A DNA stretch of 64,000 nt from Chrysemys picta bellii (GCF_011386835.1 NC_088809.1:8122001-8186000), one strand, 5' to 3'. Positions 1 to 11,378 are shown, counted from the stretch's first letter. Numbers and translations are program-made. The notes: a model not told the origin generated them from the sequence alone.

Positions 1-1152
1 CTGGCAAAGCCATATGAAGGCTGCTTAACGGGACATATGCTCCACATCCTAAGGCACTGGAATAAATCAAAAGAACTAAAGAAAATGAACAGAAAATAAA
101 ATATCAGAGGAAAGGGAAACACAGCAAAAATAAAGGGGAAAGGCAGAGCAAATCAAACCACACAATCGAACAACTTGTACCTGCAAATTGTCCCCTCCAA
201 AAGACCCAGGGTACAGTACATTCCGACAAGTGTCAGAATTAAACATTAATTCAAATTAAAAGTTGCAGCAAATACATGTTTCTGAGTGTACTCTTCTATC
301 CAGAAAGCTAAGACAGTGACATGGCCCTGCTTTACCCTGTAACTTAATTGAGCAGAGGCCATGCAGGGGATGCAGGAGGGGGAAGTAAGAGCACCATCCC
401 TTTTCTCATTCAACCCCCTGAAAGCCCTTCTGCTAAAGCTCTGCAAGGATTTGGGAAGTAGGTATGGGCAAAGCTGCTATCTATGGTATTCCCCCTTCCC
501 TAGGCTTCAGATACCTGCACCTATGTGAATGCTGCTGGAAGCAGCATTGACTGTGCCTCCATGCCTGCACTCACCTCCCCAGACAAGTCAAGTCCAGGGT
601 GCCTACCAGAGAAAAGGCAGCCCAAAGCAACAACGGGGAGGGGCAGCCCCTGTGTAGGACTAGGAATTCCCCATTTTTTTTTCTTCTCGTTCTGTGATCC
701 CTGAACCCCTCCACCGCGAAAGAACAGTTTACAGTGTTGTTTGGTCACTAATCTGTCTCTCAAATATGAGACTTGTTATTTTTTAAGAAATAAGTGAATC
801 AAATATACAAATTTTACTTTTCATTTATTTATATCTTAATACCACAAAGAAAGCTTCTGTTGTATTTTCATTAACATTTGCATTCGTTTTCCCTTTGTAA
901 ATGTCAGGTTCTTGGAACATACCAGTCTCAGACTCAAAGTGAAAACAAATGAAACAGGCTGTTACAATATTTAACAACATCAGGAGGCGGGGAGCTATGC
1001 AGAGTGGGAAGAAAGATTGCAGAACCTTTCATGAATATAAATATTTTCATGGAAATAAAGTTCAATGAAAACAAATATTTTTAAAATGTAAAACTTTTCC
1101 TTCCTAATCAACCCTCCTCTCACCCCACCCCAGAACTCACGTTGTGCTAGTG

Positions 1153-1277
1153 AAGTGGGTTTCAACCTTTTTTCATTTGTGGACCCCAAAAAAATTTTGA
1201 ATAGTAGTGTGGACCCCTTTGGAAATCTTAGTCTACAGAACCCCAGGTGTCTGCAGACCACAGGTTGAAAACTACAG
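1153..1277. mobile_element. hAT-type non-autonomous DNA transposon (MITE)
   Basis: Imperfect 15-bp TIRs (aagtgggtttcaacc / ggttgaaaactacag) and an exact 8-bp TSD tgctagtg at 1145-1152 and 1278-1285. Confidence 0.85.
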
Positions 1278-1521
1278 TGCTAGTGCCTGGAAAAAGACAG
1301 TGAAATCAACCAGTCTACTTTCACTATCATGCCCAATGAACAGTATGAATTGTGAAAACTAAGTTTGACTTTTGTTTTAAAAACAAGTTTTTTATTCATG
1401 TATTAGTAATATAAAAATGCATTTTAAAATATTGTTTTACTTTAATGGTACAACTAGTTACAGAAAAAATACTACAGTAATATTGTTTTCAATATTGTGT
1501 ACTTTTGCAGAGCATATAATC

Positions 1522-1743
1522 CAATGGTTCTCAAACTTTTTTACTGGTGACCCCTTTCACATAGCAAGCCTCTGAGTGCGACACCCTCCCCTTATAAATT
1601 AAAAACACTTTTTAATATATTTAACACCATTATAAATGCTGGAGGCAAAGCGGGGTTTGGGGTGGAGGCTGACAGCTCATGACCCCCCCATGTAATACCT
1701 TGCGACACCCTGAGGAGTCCCGACCCCCAGTTTGAGAACCCCG
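1522..1743. mobile_element. hAT-type MITE
   Basis: TIRs caatggttctcaaac / gtttgagaaccccg; exact 8-bp TSD atataatc at 1514-1521 and 1744-1751. Confidence 0.85.
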
Positions 1744-4324
1744 ATATAATCCTTCTCGCAGTTCTCCCTTTAACTTGACAAGTCTAGATGCTGACTTAAA
1801 AATTGAACGATGTCACATGCTTACTAGTAATGAAATCAGAAGCCATCCAGTATTAAATAAGCTTCTGAAGAGCATCTGTTCAGAGAAGCAGTCTCACTTA
1901 TACATTGAGCCAGCTGTGTTCAGAAATTCTGCAAGGAACAGTGCTGAGACATCACAACAAGCTAGGTGGTTTCAATTAGCATTGCCACCATTTTGCACAT
2001 AGTGTATACTCCCCTGAATGAACCCTCCAGTCCCACATCTTAAAAAAAAAATATTTTCAAAATCTTTTGAGTCTTTTTGTTTTCTAATTATGAGCCTGCC
2101 TCTCATTTGTGGCTTTTTATACTACATTTTAAGGGGTCTGAATTTCCTACTTAAGTTTGGAAAACCATCAAGCATTGCTATATTTGATGAGGTTACGGCC
2201 AGTCTGACATAGCCAAAAATTGGAATGTTTGTTCCTTAATACCCCTAGTGGATTCAGGCATGAGGGAATAACATGATGGCCTAACTAGCAGTATGATTCA
2301 ATGCACAAATGTAAGCAATATTGATCCAATACGTCATAATTGGAAATGGTTCTGTACTGTTCAGAGATGTGTTTCAGATAAGGCAAAAAAAAAATATTCA
2401 AGGTGCTGACCACTTGTAGTTATTAGAGCTGAGAAAATATCAATTTTCCTCTGCAAATATACATTTAAATTATTTAATGAATTCACTTCTATTTGTCTGA
2501 CTCAGGTGCACATAGAGTTCCAATGCACTAAATACAGTAATTTAGACCTATCTAGTCCTGTCCAAGGAGGACATCAGTGAATTTGGCATGCTCTTTCTTT
2601 TAGGAAGCTTTTCTTGCTTATTCTTTATACCTGCAGTTTGCTCTTTTTCATGTGCTTTCAGCAAACATTTGAGCAGTCAAGCTGCACATTAGTTATGTTT
2701 CAATATTAAGTCTGAACCTAGAGCATGTGTATATGCATTTTTTAAACTTATGTACAAATCTAAATAAATAAAAGGAGTTTTACTAGAAGAATGTTTCTGG
2801 AAAGTAATTTTAAGCTTTCAAGCACAAATTCTCATTTACCCTCCCCAACTCCCAAGAGTCAATATTATAAAATACAGCCTTGTATTCACATCCATATCCA
2901 TCATCATAATTTGTATCCCTCTATGTTCTCTCAAATCCAAGGTTTACTATTGGTCCCCATCTCTCCCTCCCCCAATTTCAAATTGTCAAGCAAACCTGGC
3001 CCAGGCAGGAAGCTCGTCTCAAGCTCCTTTTCAACCCGTCATTCCAGAGCTACCATTTTCTTCCTCTGGAGAATGCCACTGCCATCTTCACTTTCTTTGC
3101 ATACGCCAGACATCTCAGCGTGGAAAAATAATGGACTCCACTAACACTCATATCAACACTGATGTGAAAAAAAAATCTGATCTCTACTCTCAAAGAAGCA
3201 GGACATTAAGCTGCCAAACCCTCAGCTATGTTACTCTTCCGATATACTTCAGAGCCACAAGGGAATTGAAATCCCAGTGTCCCTTCTACAAAGTTGCTAC
3301 AACGTTTTGCCACCAAATTACTGACCATGCTCTATTACAAGTTTTCTTCAATTACTGAGATTATTAAATTTCTTAAGATATAAAATGAACACTGAGTTAC
3401 GCTTTCTCTCTCCAAATATATCCATTCCCAATGGCATTTTGTATATTCACAGAGTAGCAGACAGAATCATTTGCACAAATTTATACATTCCCATTGAACC
3501 AATATAAGCAAAACTTTTATTCTGTAACATTTCACATCAATCAGTGATTATCCATTAAAGGTGAGTCATGTTCAAAAATTAAACAAACTTTTACATTTTC
3601 CATACAGAGGCAAATTAGTAATAAAGATGAGATGGTGGAAATCATTACCAGGAGAAGAAAAAAAAAAAGTGGCTTAAAATTGAGCGCTCTGTAAAATGTC
3701 ACCTTAAGTATCATTTCATGCTCTCAGGATATCTTCAATGTATTTCATTGTTACTGCTGAATTGCCAAAAGAATCCAATTCCTACAAAAGTAGCAAAATC
3801 AGGACCATAGTTATGGAGGAGAAAAAAGGGATTTTCTCCATCCATACTTAAAAATTGTACTCGCATGCTTAGAGCACTGACCAAGGCAACTCAGCCTCCA
3901 ATACATGGTGAAAGAGTATCGGAATAAGATAGTACCACAATTTTGTTACAAATTTTGGGAACTAGTTTGCCCCAAGAAAATTGTCCAATAATATATACAA
4001 CACTGAATCCTGAATCAGAGGATTCACATTAGAGAAAATTGTTTTTGAGCTGTAGTGAATTTTGTGACAGTGGACTCTCTCATGCTACTGGATGTTTCTT
4101 GACCTTCTTGGACAGGCAGCATTAATGGGGACTCCGAGTAGGGCAAGAAGACCCAAAGAAGCAACAAGAGTAATGGTATTTAGCTGCCAGAACCAAAAAC
4201 ACGCTCAGGGCCCAACTGTGTATTCTTTAAAATCCCACTGAAAGGACTAAAGCAGGATCAGAACCCAAGTCTGATCGTTTTCACATACCATAACTGGACT
4301 TCTCTTGAATTACTAGTGCACAGC

Positions 4325-4766
4325 CCTACTACAGCCTGAGCCACCTGTGCTGCCGGCCTGGAGCTCCCAGCCAGAGCCTGCACTCGCACCCCAACCCCAG
4401 GTCAGAACCTCCTCCTACACCCAAACTCCCTCCCAGACCCTGCACCCCCTCCTGCACCCCAATCTCCTGCCCCAGCCCAGAGCCCCCTCCTGAACCAAAC
4501 TCCCTCCCAGAGCCCACACCCCTCATCCTCTCCTGCACCTCAAGACTCTGCACCAACCTGGAGTTCCCTCCTACACCCAAACTCCTTCCCAAACCCCGCA
4601 CCCCCTCCTGCACCCTCAGTTTTTGCACGAATTATTTTATTACATGGCACTGCAGTGGAGGGGTAGAATTTAAAAATTTCATTAATATAGTAGAAATGTG
4701 CGGCCCATGACAACTTATCAAAATTCGTGGAGTGGTCCCCCCTGAGAAAATTATTGCCCACCCCTG
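4325..4766. mobile_element. hAT-like DNA transposon fragment with internal C-rich tandem repeats
   Basis: Degenerate repeats of ccccctcctgcaccccaa / ctccctcccagagccc, ending in a hAT-like terminus ttgcccacccctg. The left end is not resolved. Confidence 0.6.
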
Positions 4767-6354
4767 AGCTAAGAGAATTCAGAAAGTGCTTGGAAAGGTC
4801 AGGAGTGCATCATGCAAAACAGGGAAGACATCTGAAGGGGGCGCGGGGGTTGGAATTGGGGGCCTAGGGAACTGCTGAACAAAGGGCTAAACAAAGACTT
4901 ACCTATTTTTCTTGCTGTACTTGGGAGGGCCAGAAGCAGCCAATGGAGCATTTAGGACAAAATTTTACTCCAATACCTTTCAGTGTTGCTCGGGTGACGT
5001 ACCCTCAGACATTTCCAACATTGGTTTGTGTGGTTAATATTGGTTTTGCTGTTCAATATTTTAAATATGAAGGCCTTGCATCATATCACCCTCATTCTCG
5101 AAAGCAAAACCTCTCCTTCTACAACTCTGATTCTTATTGCTACATTAGGGGACTGCTGTAGATAACATTGTGCTTGTCATCCTGTTTCCAGTAATTTATT
5201 TTTCTACGAAGTTAATATTTTAATGACTCTCTGTGGGTTTTACCAGAAAGCCAAAAGTGATTCTCACTTGGTAAACAAATATTCTACAGCATTTCCATTT
5301 GTATTTAAAGTATCTGTTGATAACACTTACCAAGATTTAGAAGTGTAAAAAGGAAGAAAACATTCACACATTCAAATATTTCAATAAAGAGACACTTCAT
5401 AAAAGTAATTAAGTCAGTCTTTTAACATAGTTCTAAGGATTAACAACACATAAAAGAAAGAGGACACAATTAAGTGATAATGTCTTACCAAACCAAGCAG
5501 ACTCACCGTTTTTGATGATGCCTTATAGAGCAAATCAACAAGCTTTTGATAATAAAGTCTAATTTCCAGGCAAATGATGTGGGACTTATCTGTGCTAGGA
5601 AAGAGAGTATTATGTTTTAAATTTAAAATATAGAAAATATTTTGAGTAACTGACATAATCAGCTGTGAACATTATACCTGCATTTTAAAAAATGCACTTA
5701 CTCAACAACCACACAGTTCAGATGATGCACACTATCTTTAATGAAACACTATTGTACCAAAATGAGTGTTTCCACACTGCCCTTTGCACCAGTTTAAATA
5801 TATTGGTTTACGTCAATTCAAGCTAAATTAGTGCAACTTTCTAAAGTAAACAAGCCCTTGATTTGAATCCAAAACTTTACTATTCCCAGAACTGAAGTGT
5901 GACACTATTCTTGCTGCCTCACTAGTTTATATTTTGATGTCACTACAATTATTAAATTATAAACATATGAAAATGGAAATAATCATATACTTAGACAATC
6001 TACTGTTTCTGTAGGAAGAGTTTTCATATAACTCCTTTCATTGATTAGCAGCAAACTTTAAAAAAAATAGCAAAAAAGAGAAGTAACATCAATCTTAAAG
6101 TCATTAGAGAAAAATATATTACTGTATTTTAACCTATGAGGGAAAAATGAAAGAAATTTAGAATAGTCAAATTGGCATGGTATGACAATACACTGAAAAT
6201 ATTTTTCTAATGATAAATCATCATGATTGCTGTTTTCTTACAGAAACGTGTATTTTTAATTAACACATGAAAAAATGAGGCATAGCAGAGAAAGGACACT
6301 GCTAAAGATGCTAGGCAGCATTTTCAAAAGCACCTAAGCGACTAAGATGCCTAA

Positions 6355-6619
6355 GGGCTTCTCTATACATAAAAGTTGTACCGCTTTAACTCTACCTTGA
6401 TAGTTAAAGTGGTAAAGCCCTCCACCTCCCCAGCACGGGGGTAGTTATACTGGTATAATTATAGATGGTAAGGGAAGAAGAATAAGCGATACCCATATAA
6501 GGCACCTTTATACTCATATACCTGCATCCACATGAGGAGTTGTACTAATATAATCACTTCAGTAAAAAGTTGCATAACTGAAATAGTTATACCAGTACAA
6601 ACAGTGTGTAGACCAAGCC
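6355..6619. mobile_element. PIF/Harbinger-like MITE
   Basis: Termini gggcttctctatac / gtgtagaccaagcc, preceded by TAA, with partly inverted internal sequence. Confidence 0.6.
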
Positions 6620-6770
6620 AAAGTCCCATTTTCAAAAGTGACTTTGACACTTCAAAGACTATGTCCCACTGACTTTAGGTGCCAAGACCCAGAAATCAAG
6701 TAAAGAGCTAAATACTTTTGTGGATTAGAGCCTAAGTGCCTACCTTACTTTTGAAAATGGGACTTAGGCA

Positions 6771-7492
6771 TAAACAGACAAACTAGGGAAATGCAACCTA
6801 GATGGAACTACTATAAGGTGGATGCATAACTGGTTGGAAAACCATTCTCAGAGAATAGTTATCAGTGGTTCACCGTCATGCTGGAAGGGCATAACGAGTG
6901 AGGTACCACAGGGATCAGTTCTGGATCCAGTTCTGTTCAATATCTTCATCAATGATTTAGATAATGGCATAGCGAGTACACTTATAAAGTTTGTGGATGA
7001 TACCAACCTGGGAAGGGTTGCAAGTGCTTTGGAGGATAGGATTATAATTCAAAATGATGTGGACAAACTGGAGAAATAATCTGAAGTAAATAGGATGAAA
7101 TTCAATAACGATAAATGCAAAGTACTCCACTTAGGAAGGAACAATCCATTGCACACATACAAAATGGGAAATGACTGCCTAGGAAGGAGTACTGCGGAAA
7201 GGGATCTGGGGGTCATAGTGGATCACAAGCTAAATATGAGTCAACTATGTAACACTCTTACAAAAAAAGCAAACAAAAATTATTAAAGGTTTCAGAGTAG
7301 CAGCCGTGTTAGTCTGTATCCGCAAAAAGAAGAACAGGAGGACTTGTGGCACCTTAGAGACTAACAAATTTATTAGAGCATAAGCTTTCGTGGACTACAG
7401 CCCACTTCTTCAGAAGAAAACATGACCTATGAAGATTGAAAAAATTGGATTTGTTTAGCCTAGAAAAGAGAAGACTGAGAGGGGACATGATA
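6771..7492 (+). mobile_element. CR1 LINE ORF2 (reverse transcriptase) fragment, degenerate and interrupted
   Basis: ORF-track peptides VPQGSVLDPVLFNIFINDLD...KFVDDTNLG and MKFNNDKCKVLHLGRNN...ERDLGVIVDHKLNMSQ match CR1 RT motifs. After an insert the element resumes with GLFSLEKRRLRGDM at about 7446-7490. In-frame stop at 7077-7079. Confidence 0.92.
7288..7413 (-). mobile_element. Penelope-like element terminal-repeat fragment with 5'-truncated hammerhead motif
   Basis: ggtttcagagtagcagccgtgttagtctg...gcataagctttcgtggactacagcccacttcttcag. The minus strand reads CTGAAGA-A-GTGG...CCAC-GAAA-GCTT-ATGC. Nearly identical to the left part of 29541-29736. Confidence 0.8.
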
Positions 7493-7785
7493 CACCACTG
7501 AGCAACATAAGTTTCGCCAGCACAAGTGATAGCGTGCATTGCGCTAGGTCAGAGGGAGAGCGCCTGCCGCTCATTGATGTGGTTTTATTATGTTAACAGG
7601 AGAGCTCTCTCCCATCAGCACAGAACAGCTACACAAGCAACCTTACAGCAGCACGAGAAAAAGTTCTTTTCAGCCACTGTAGGCCTGGGGGTGTCACCCA
7701 TCCAGCTCAGTAGAGAGGAGGGGTATAGCCCACCATGTGAGTTTATAGCGAGTGTCACTGTAAACTCACTAGTGTAGACATGGCC
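7493..7785. mobile_element. PIF/Harbinger-like MITE fragment
   Basis: Right terminus gtgtagacatggcc followed by TTA; the left end is lost or abuts the CR1 fragment. Confidence 0.55.
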
Positions 7786-7809
7786 TTAGTATACACCGAC
7801 CTGCGCAAT

Positions 7810-9800
7810 GACTAGCCCGGACCAGCCCTGAGCTTGCATCTCAAGGCACTACCATAAAACAAAGGACAGTCATACTGGCAAGCACGAAGGGTCGCTGGCC
7901 CACTGGGGCAGCTGAACTTCCCCCTCATATGCCCCAGAGGGGAAGTGCCCAGGGGACAGGCCCACCGCGCGCTGCCCAGAGACCCCTTTGGGGCAGCTCT
8001 GCTGCTGGAGCAATGAGAGAAGTGACCCCAACAAGCGCTGCTGCTGACTGGGCTCCAGATCTGCTGCCCCCTTCGCCTGGAGCTGGACACTACCCACAAA
8101 GCAGCACAGCAGCAGGCACCCGCCCGTCTAGCGCTCCGTGCACGCCCCAGGAGAAGCCCGCAGGGCCTCAAACCCACGCCCGAGCCCAGCACACGCCTGA
8201 GGCCTACCCCGCCCCACCCCCACTGCATTGTGGGATGTAACGCCTCTCCTTGGCGCCAAGCTCCCCCCACGCGGTGCATGGTGGGATATACCCCTCCTCT
8301 CTACCCAAGCCGGATCTTCTTTGCGTGGACGCCTCACCGGATGTGTGACGGCCCCAGGCTTACCGCGGCTGAAGGGAACTTTTTCGAGCGTGGTGAACGT
8401 TTATTCCTAGGTTATAAGATTCATTACACGGGGTGGTTTCTCGAGGCCGATGACTGCGCTGGCGGAATTAGTAGGGCTTCCAAACCGAGGCTGCTAAGTG
8501 TCGGACTCATTTTCTTCAGCCGCGCATGCGCTCTGGGGGCGGAACGATACCGCGCTGTTTACCATTGAACGCTGAGTGCTGGCGGGCGGGAGGGTCAGCG
8601 CTGCGTGGGGTGTGCTAGAATCCTTGCGCCTGCGGGGCCGCGCGAGGGAAGCGGCAGTCGCCATTTTGAAGCGGTTGTAGGGAGGCGGCGTGTGTAGCTG
8701 CTCCTGAGTGTCCGGCCCGTCCCCACCGCTTACTTACCCCGTTTACTCTCCTAGCTTCGGCTCTTCACCGCCGCAGCCATTGCCGACCCTGCCATGTCCG
8801 GAGGGGGCGTGATCCGCGGCCCAGCCGGTAACAACGACTGCCGCATCTACGTGGGGAACCTGCCGCCCGACATCCGCACCAAGGACATCGAGGACGTGTT
8901 CTACAAGTACGGGGCCATCCGCGACATCGACCTCAAGAACCGCCGCGGCGGGCCGCCCTTCGCCTTCGTGGAGTTCGAGGACCCCAGGTGAGCGCTGTTC
9001 CCTGGGGCCGTTCATGGCGCGGAGCCCGAAGACTCCCCGGGGCTCGTCTCCCGCACCGGGCTACCTCTGACCCCACAGGGCGGGCCGGCCTCGGGCACCT
9101 CGAGGAGCCCGAATGGGCCGCTCTGAGTTGCAGGGGGCGGCCCGTCGTGGAGCCGCTGCGTTGCCGAGATCTCGCTACAACCCCGTCCCCTGGGACCGGC
9201 GCTGCTTCCCTGTCGAGGCACCGCTACGTCCCGCTGCACCCCAGGGGCACCACTCCGCAGCCCCAGGGACTCGCCGCGCTCCTGCTGGCGGGCCCGGGGA
9301 CGGCGCTTCCTCCCCGTCTCCGCCTAGACCTTTCTCCAGCCACCGCGGCGGGCACCGCCCGGCCTTCCCGTTGCCGTGCTCTCCCCTGGGCTTAACTACC
9401 CGCCGGGCCTCGCTTCAGCAAGTCACCGCAGAGGGGGGTGAGCTGAGCTCCCTGGGGCTCGGCCTCAGCTGTTGGGCGCGGGGCGGGGCTACACGGTGCC
9501 TGCTGGCTGGCTGTGTTCGGGCGGGAAAATGGCTGCAAGGGAACAAAGGGAGGGAGGTGCGTTGTCCGGCCTGGGCCTCTGCAGTGCGGTGTGGCTGGGC
9601 CTTTGCTCACTCCCCCTTCTCTTGCAGGGATGCGGAGGATGCGGTGTACGGAAGGGATGGGTACGATTACGATGGATATCGTCTGAGGGTGGAGTTTCCC
9701 CGAAGCGGCAGAGGCACCGGCAGAGGAGGTGGCGGAGGTGGAGGTGGCGGGGCCCCCAGGGGCAGGTATGGCCCCCCGTCCCGGCGGTCTGAGTACCGAG
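7810..9800. promoter_or_regulatory. SRSF1: CpG island / promoter of SRSF1 (probably bidirectional)
   Basis: Sharp rise in GC and CpG. Perfect NRF1 palindrome GCGCATGCGC at 8522-8531; YY1-like CGCCATTTTG at 8659-8668; overlapping E2F/YY1-like GCGGGAAAATGGC at 9521-9533. Confidence 0.85.
8794..8987 (+). CDS. SRSF1: Serine/arginine-rich splicing factor 1, coding exon 1 (RRM1 N-part)
   Basis: gccATG Kozak; [65 protein letters not shown]; donor AG|gtgagc; 194 nt. Confidence 0.99.
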
Positions 9801-9812
9801 TGATAGTTTCCG
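9628..9812 (+). CDS. SRSF1: SRSF1 exon 2 (end of RRM1, Gly-rich linker, start of RRM2)
   Basis: Acceptor cccttctcttgcag; [61 protein letters not shown]; donor CG|gtaagt; 185 nt. Confidence 0.99.
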
Positions 9813-10164
9813 GTAAGTTGCTTAATACTCTTGGTTTGTTCAGGATAGATAACGAGATCGATTCTTATCAGTTCCGATGTGACATGTTTACAGTCATTCC
9901 TCACTAACAAAGGATGCTACACGTTTCAATTAGCCATATTGTATTTTCATACTGTGCGTATTTGGTTTTTTAGCATTGTGCTATGCAGCCTCTATCTTCT
10001 AAGAAGCATAATAGTAACATTTTTGTATAGTGTGCATGTTATATGGGTTCCTGCTGGAAGATATTCTCTCTACTCCAGTAGGCAATTCCTTTACCGGACA
10101 GTGGGAGGTGATGCATTGTAAATGGAAAGTAAATAATAAAAGTTTGCATTTGAAGTAATCTGTA

Positions 10165-10320
10165 NNNNNNNNNNNNNNNNNNNNNNNNNNNNNNNNNNNN
10201 NNNNNNNNNNNNNNNNNNNNNNNNNNNNNNNNNNNNNNNNNNNNNNNNNNNNNNNNNNNNNNNNNNNNNNNNNNNNNNNNNNNNNNNNNNNNNNNNNNNN
10301 NNNNNNNNNNNNNNNNNNNN
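10165..10320. other. N-run, 156 nt (covers SRSF1 intron 2 / exon 3)
   Basis: Counted directly. Confidence 0.99.
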
Positions 10321-10354
10321 AAAACTGGATAACACTAAATTTAGATCTCATGAG
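10182..10354 (+). CDS. SRSF1: SRSF1 exon 3 (RRM2); mostly hidden in an N-run, start inferred
   Basis: Visible 3' end 10321-10354 encodes KLDNTKFRSHE followed by donor gtaggt. The start assumes the conserved 173-nt exon needed for a 747-nt CDS. Confidence 0.85.
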
Positions 10355-10600
10355 GTAGGTTTCATGCTTTTTTGGGGGCCAGAATTGGATACACAGGGCT
10401 TAACAATAGGATTTGAAGGTAAGGACACAAAGTCTCTACTATACTAACATGCAGGTAGCTGAGTCTTTTTATAATAAGATTCTCATTTAAAGATTTGAGT
10501 TCTGTCTCTGCTTTTATATCAATGTAATCAGTATCAGCATGCCTGAAAAGATAGCTAAAAATCTTAGACCTTTCAATCGAAAGTTCTGTCTATTTGATAG

Positions 10601-10795
10601 GGAGAAACTGCCTACATCCGTGTTAAAGTTGATGGCCCAAGAAGTCCAAGCTATGGAAGATCTCGGTCACGCAGCCGTAGTCGTAGCAGAAGCCGTAGTC
10701 GAAGCAACAGCAGAAGCCGCAGTTATTCCCCAAGAAGAAGCAGAGGATCTCCACGCTACTCTCCCCGTCACAGCAGATCTCGTTCTCGTACATAA
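10601..10795 (+). CDS. SRSF1: SRSF1 exon 4 coding part (RS domain)
   Basis: Acceptor ctatttgatag; [64 protein letters not shown]; TAA at 10793-10795. Confidence 0.99.
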   Translation, partial: GETAYIRVKVDGPRSPSYGRSRSRSRSRSRSRSRSNSRSRSYSPRRSRGSPRYSPRHSRSRSRT

Positions 10796-11238
10796 ATGAT
10801 TAGTGATGCTCTCTTTTTGTAGAACCCCATGTTGTACACAGTTTTCCTTTACTCAGTACAGTCTTTAATTTTTTAATTCAAACTGTTTTATTCAAATTGG
10901 CTGAAGTGTTGAATTGCATTCTTGTGTAATATCCCTAGTGAGTATTTGCTCCTTAACATCAACATTCCCCTCATGTCTTTGGTAAATTGTATTTTAATTG
11001 ATGTTATAGCCAGGATTGTTTAAATTTAGTTAAAGTTAACTACCCACACTCTGCAGACTGTGGTATTGCTGTGTAAATGTCTCCGTGTTCAGCTATGGTT
11101 TATACGAGCTGGGGATGTTGGGATGTTTGTGGTTAACTTGTTTCTTCTGGGGGATCTTATATTTTATCTTGCCTTTTCATGTGTCTTTCTGTAGACATAT
11201 CTGAAGAGATGGATTAAGAATGCTTTGGATTAAAGGAT

Positions 11239-11378
11239 NNNNNNNNNNNNNNNNNNNNNNNNNNNNNNNNNNNNNNNNNNNNNNNNNNNNNNNNNNNNNN
11301 NNNNNNNNNNNNNNNNNNNNNNNNNNNNNNNNNNNNNNNNNNNNNNNNNNNNNNNNNNNNNNNNNNNNNNNNNNNNNN
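11239..11378. other. N-run, 140 nt (SRSF1 3' UTR, expected position of the UTR-intron donor)
   Basis: Counted directly; the donor position is inferred. Confidence 0.95.

Larger units (their letters stand above)
1..6055 (-). other. Candidate spliced minus-strand transcript (unidentified gene, unprocessed pseudogene or lncRNA), divergent from SRSF1
   Basis: Series of AG...GT-bounded segments on the minus strand: 6055-5991, 5594-5507 (ctctctttcctag / ACG|gtgagt), 3781-3703, 3158-2996, 1875-1825, 1286-1141, 994-923 (tctttcttcccactctgcatag / CTG|gtatgt), 602-575 (GAG|gtgagt), 56-<1. No protein family recognised. Confidence 0.35.

Noticed and set aside
1825-3781. In-frame TGA codons in exon-like segments read as selenocysteine or as a CpG-decay signature
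   Set aside because: No SECIS was seen, TAA/TAG stops also occur, and every stop codon is one C-to-T change from a sense codon, so the pattern is not evidence.
4329-4761. Tandem repeat arrays (also 25310-25984) as CRISPR-like arrays or Gly-rich genes
   Set aside because: Degenerate C-rich units without unique spacers, lying inside hAT-type elements, in a vertebrate genome with no cas genes.
2996-5594. Kinesin-motor-like snippets on the minus strand (SHIICLEIRLYYQKLVDLL; VHYFSTLRCLAYAKKVK; GLLALLGVPINAA)
   Set aside because: The resemblance is to short motifs only. No P-loop, no LAGSE and no HIPYRDSKLT were found, and the frames do not join. Only an HMM search (PF00225) on six-frame translations could revive this.
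6822-7286. Active reverse transcriptase gene
   Set aside because: A truncated CR1 fragment with an in-frame stop, altered residues and a nested insertion.
1-7800. DYNLL2, expected upstream of SRSF1 by mammalian synteny
   Set aside because: No dynein light chain peptide was found in any frame; it presumably lies outside the window.
8364-8510. ATG-initiated frame in the candidate divergent first exon
   Set aside because: It terminates at TAA after 28 codons, before the donor, so it cannot feed the downstream exons.
7812-9910. Many overlapping ORFs on both strands in the SRSF1 island, including 9113-9907 (264 aa)
   Set aside because: These are stop-poor GC-rich sequence. Only 8794-8987 and 9628-9812 have splice signals and recognisable protein; 9113-9907 is exon 2 extended into introns.
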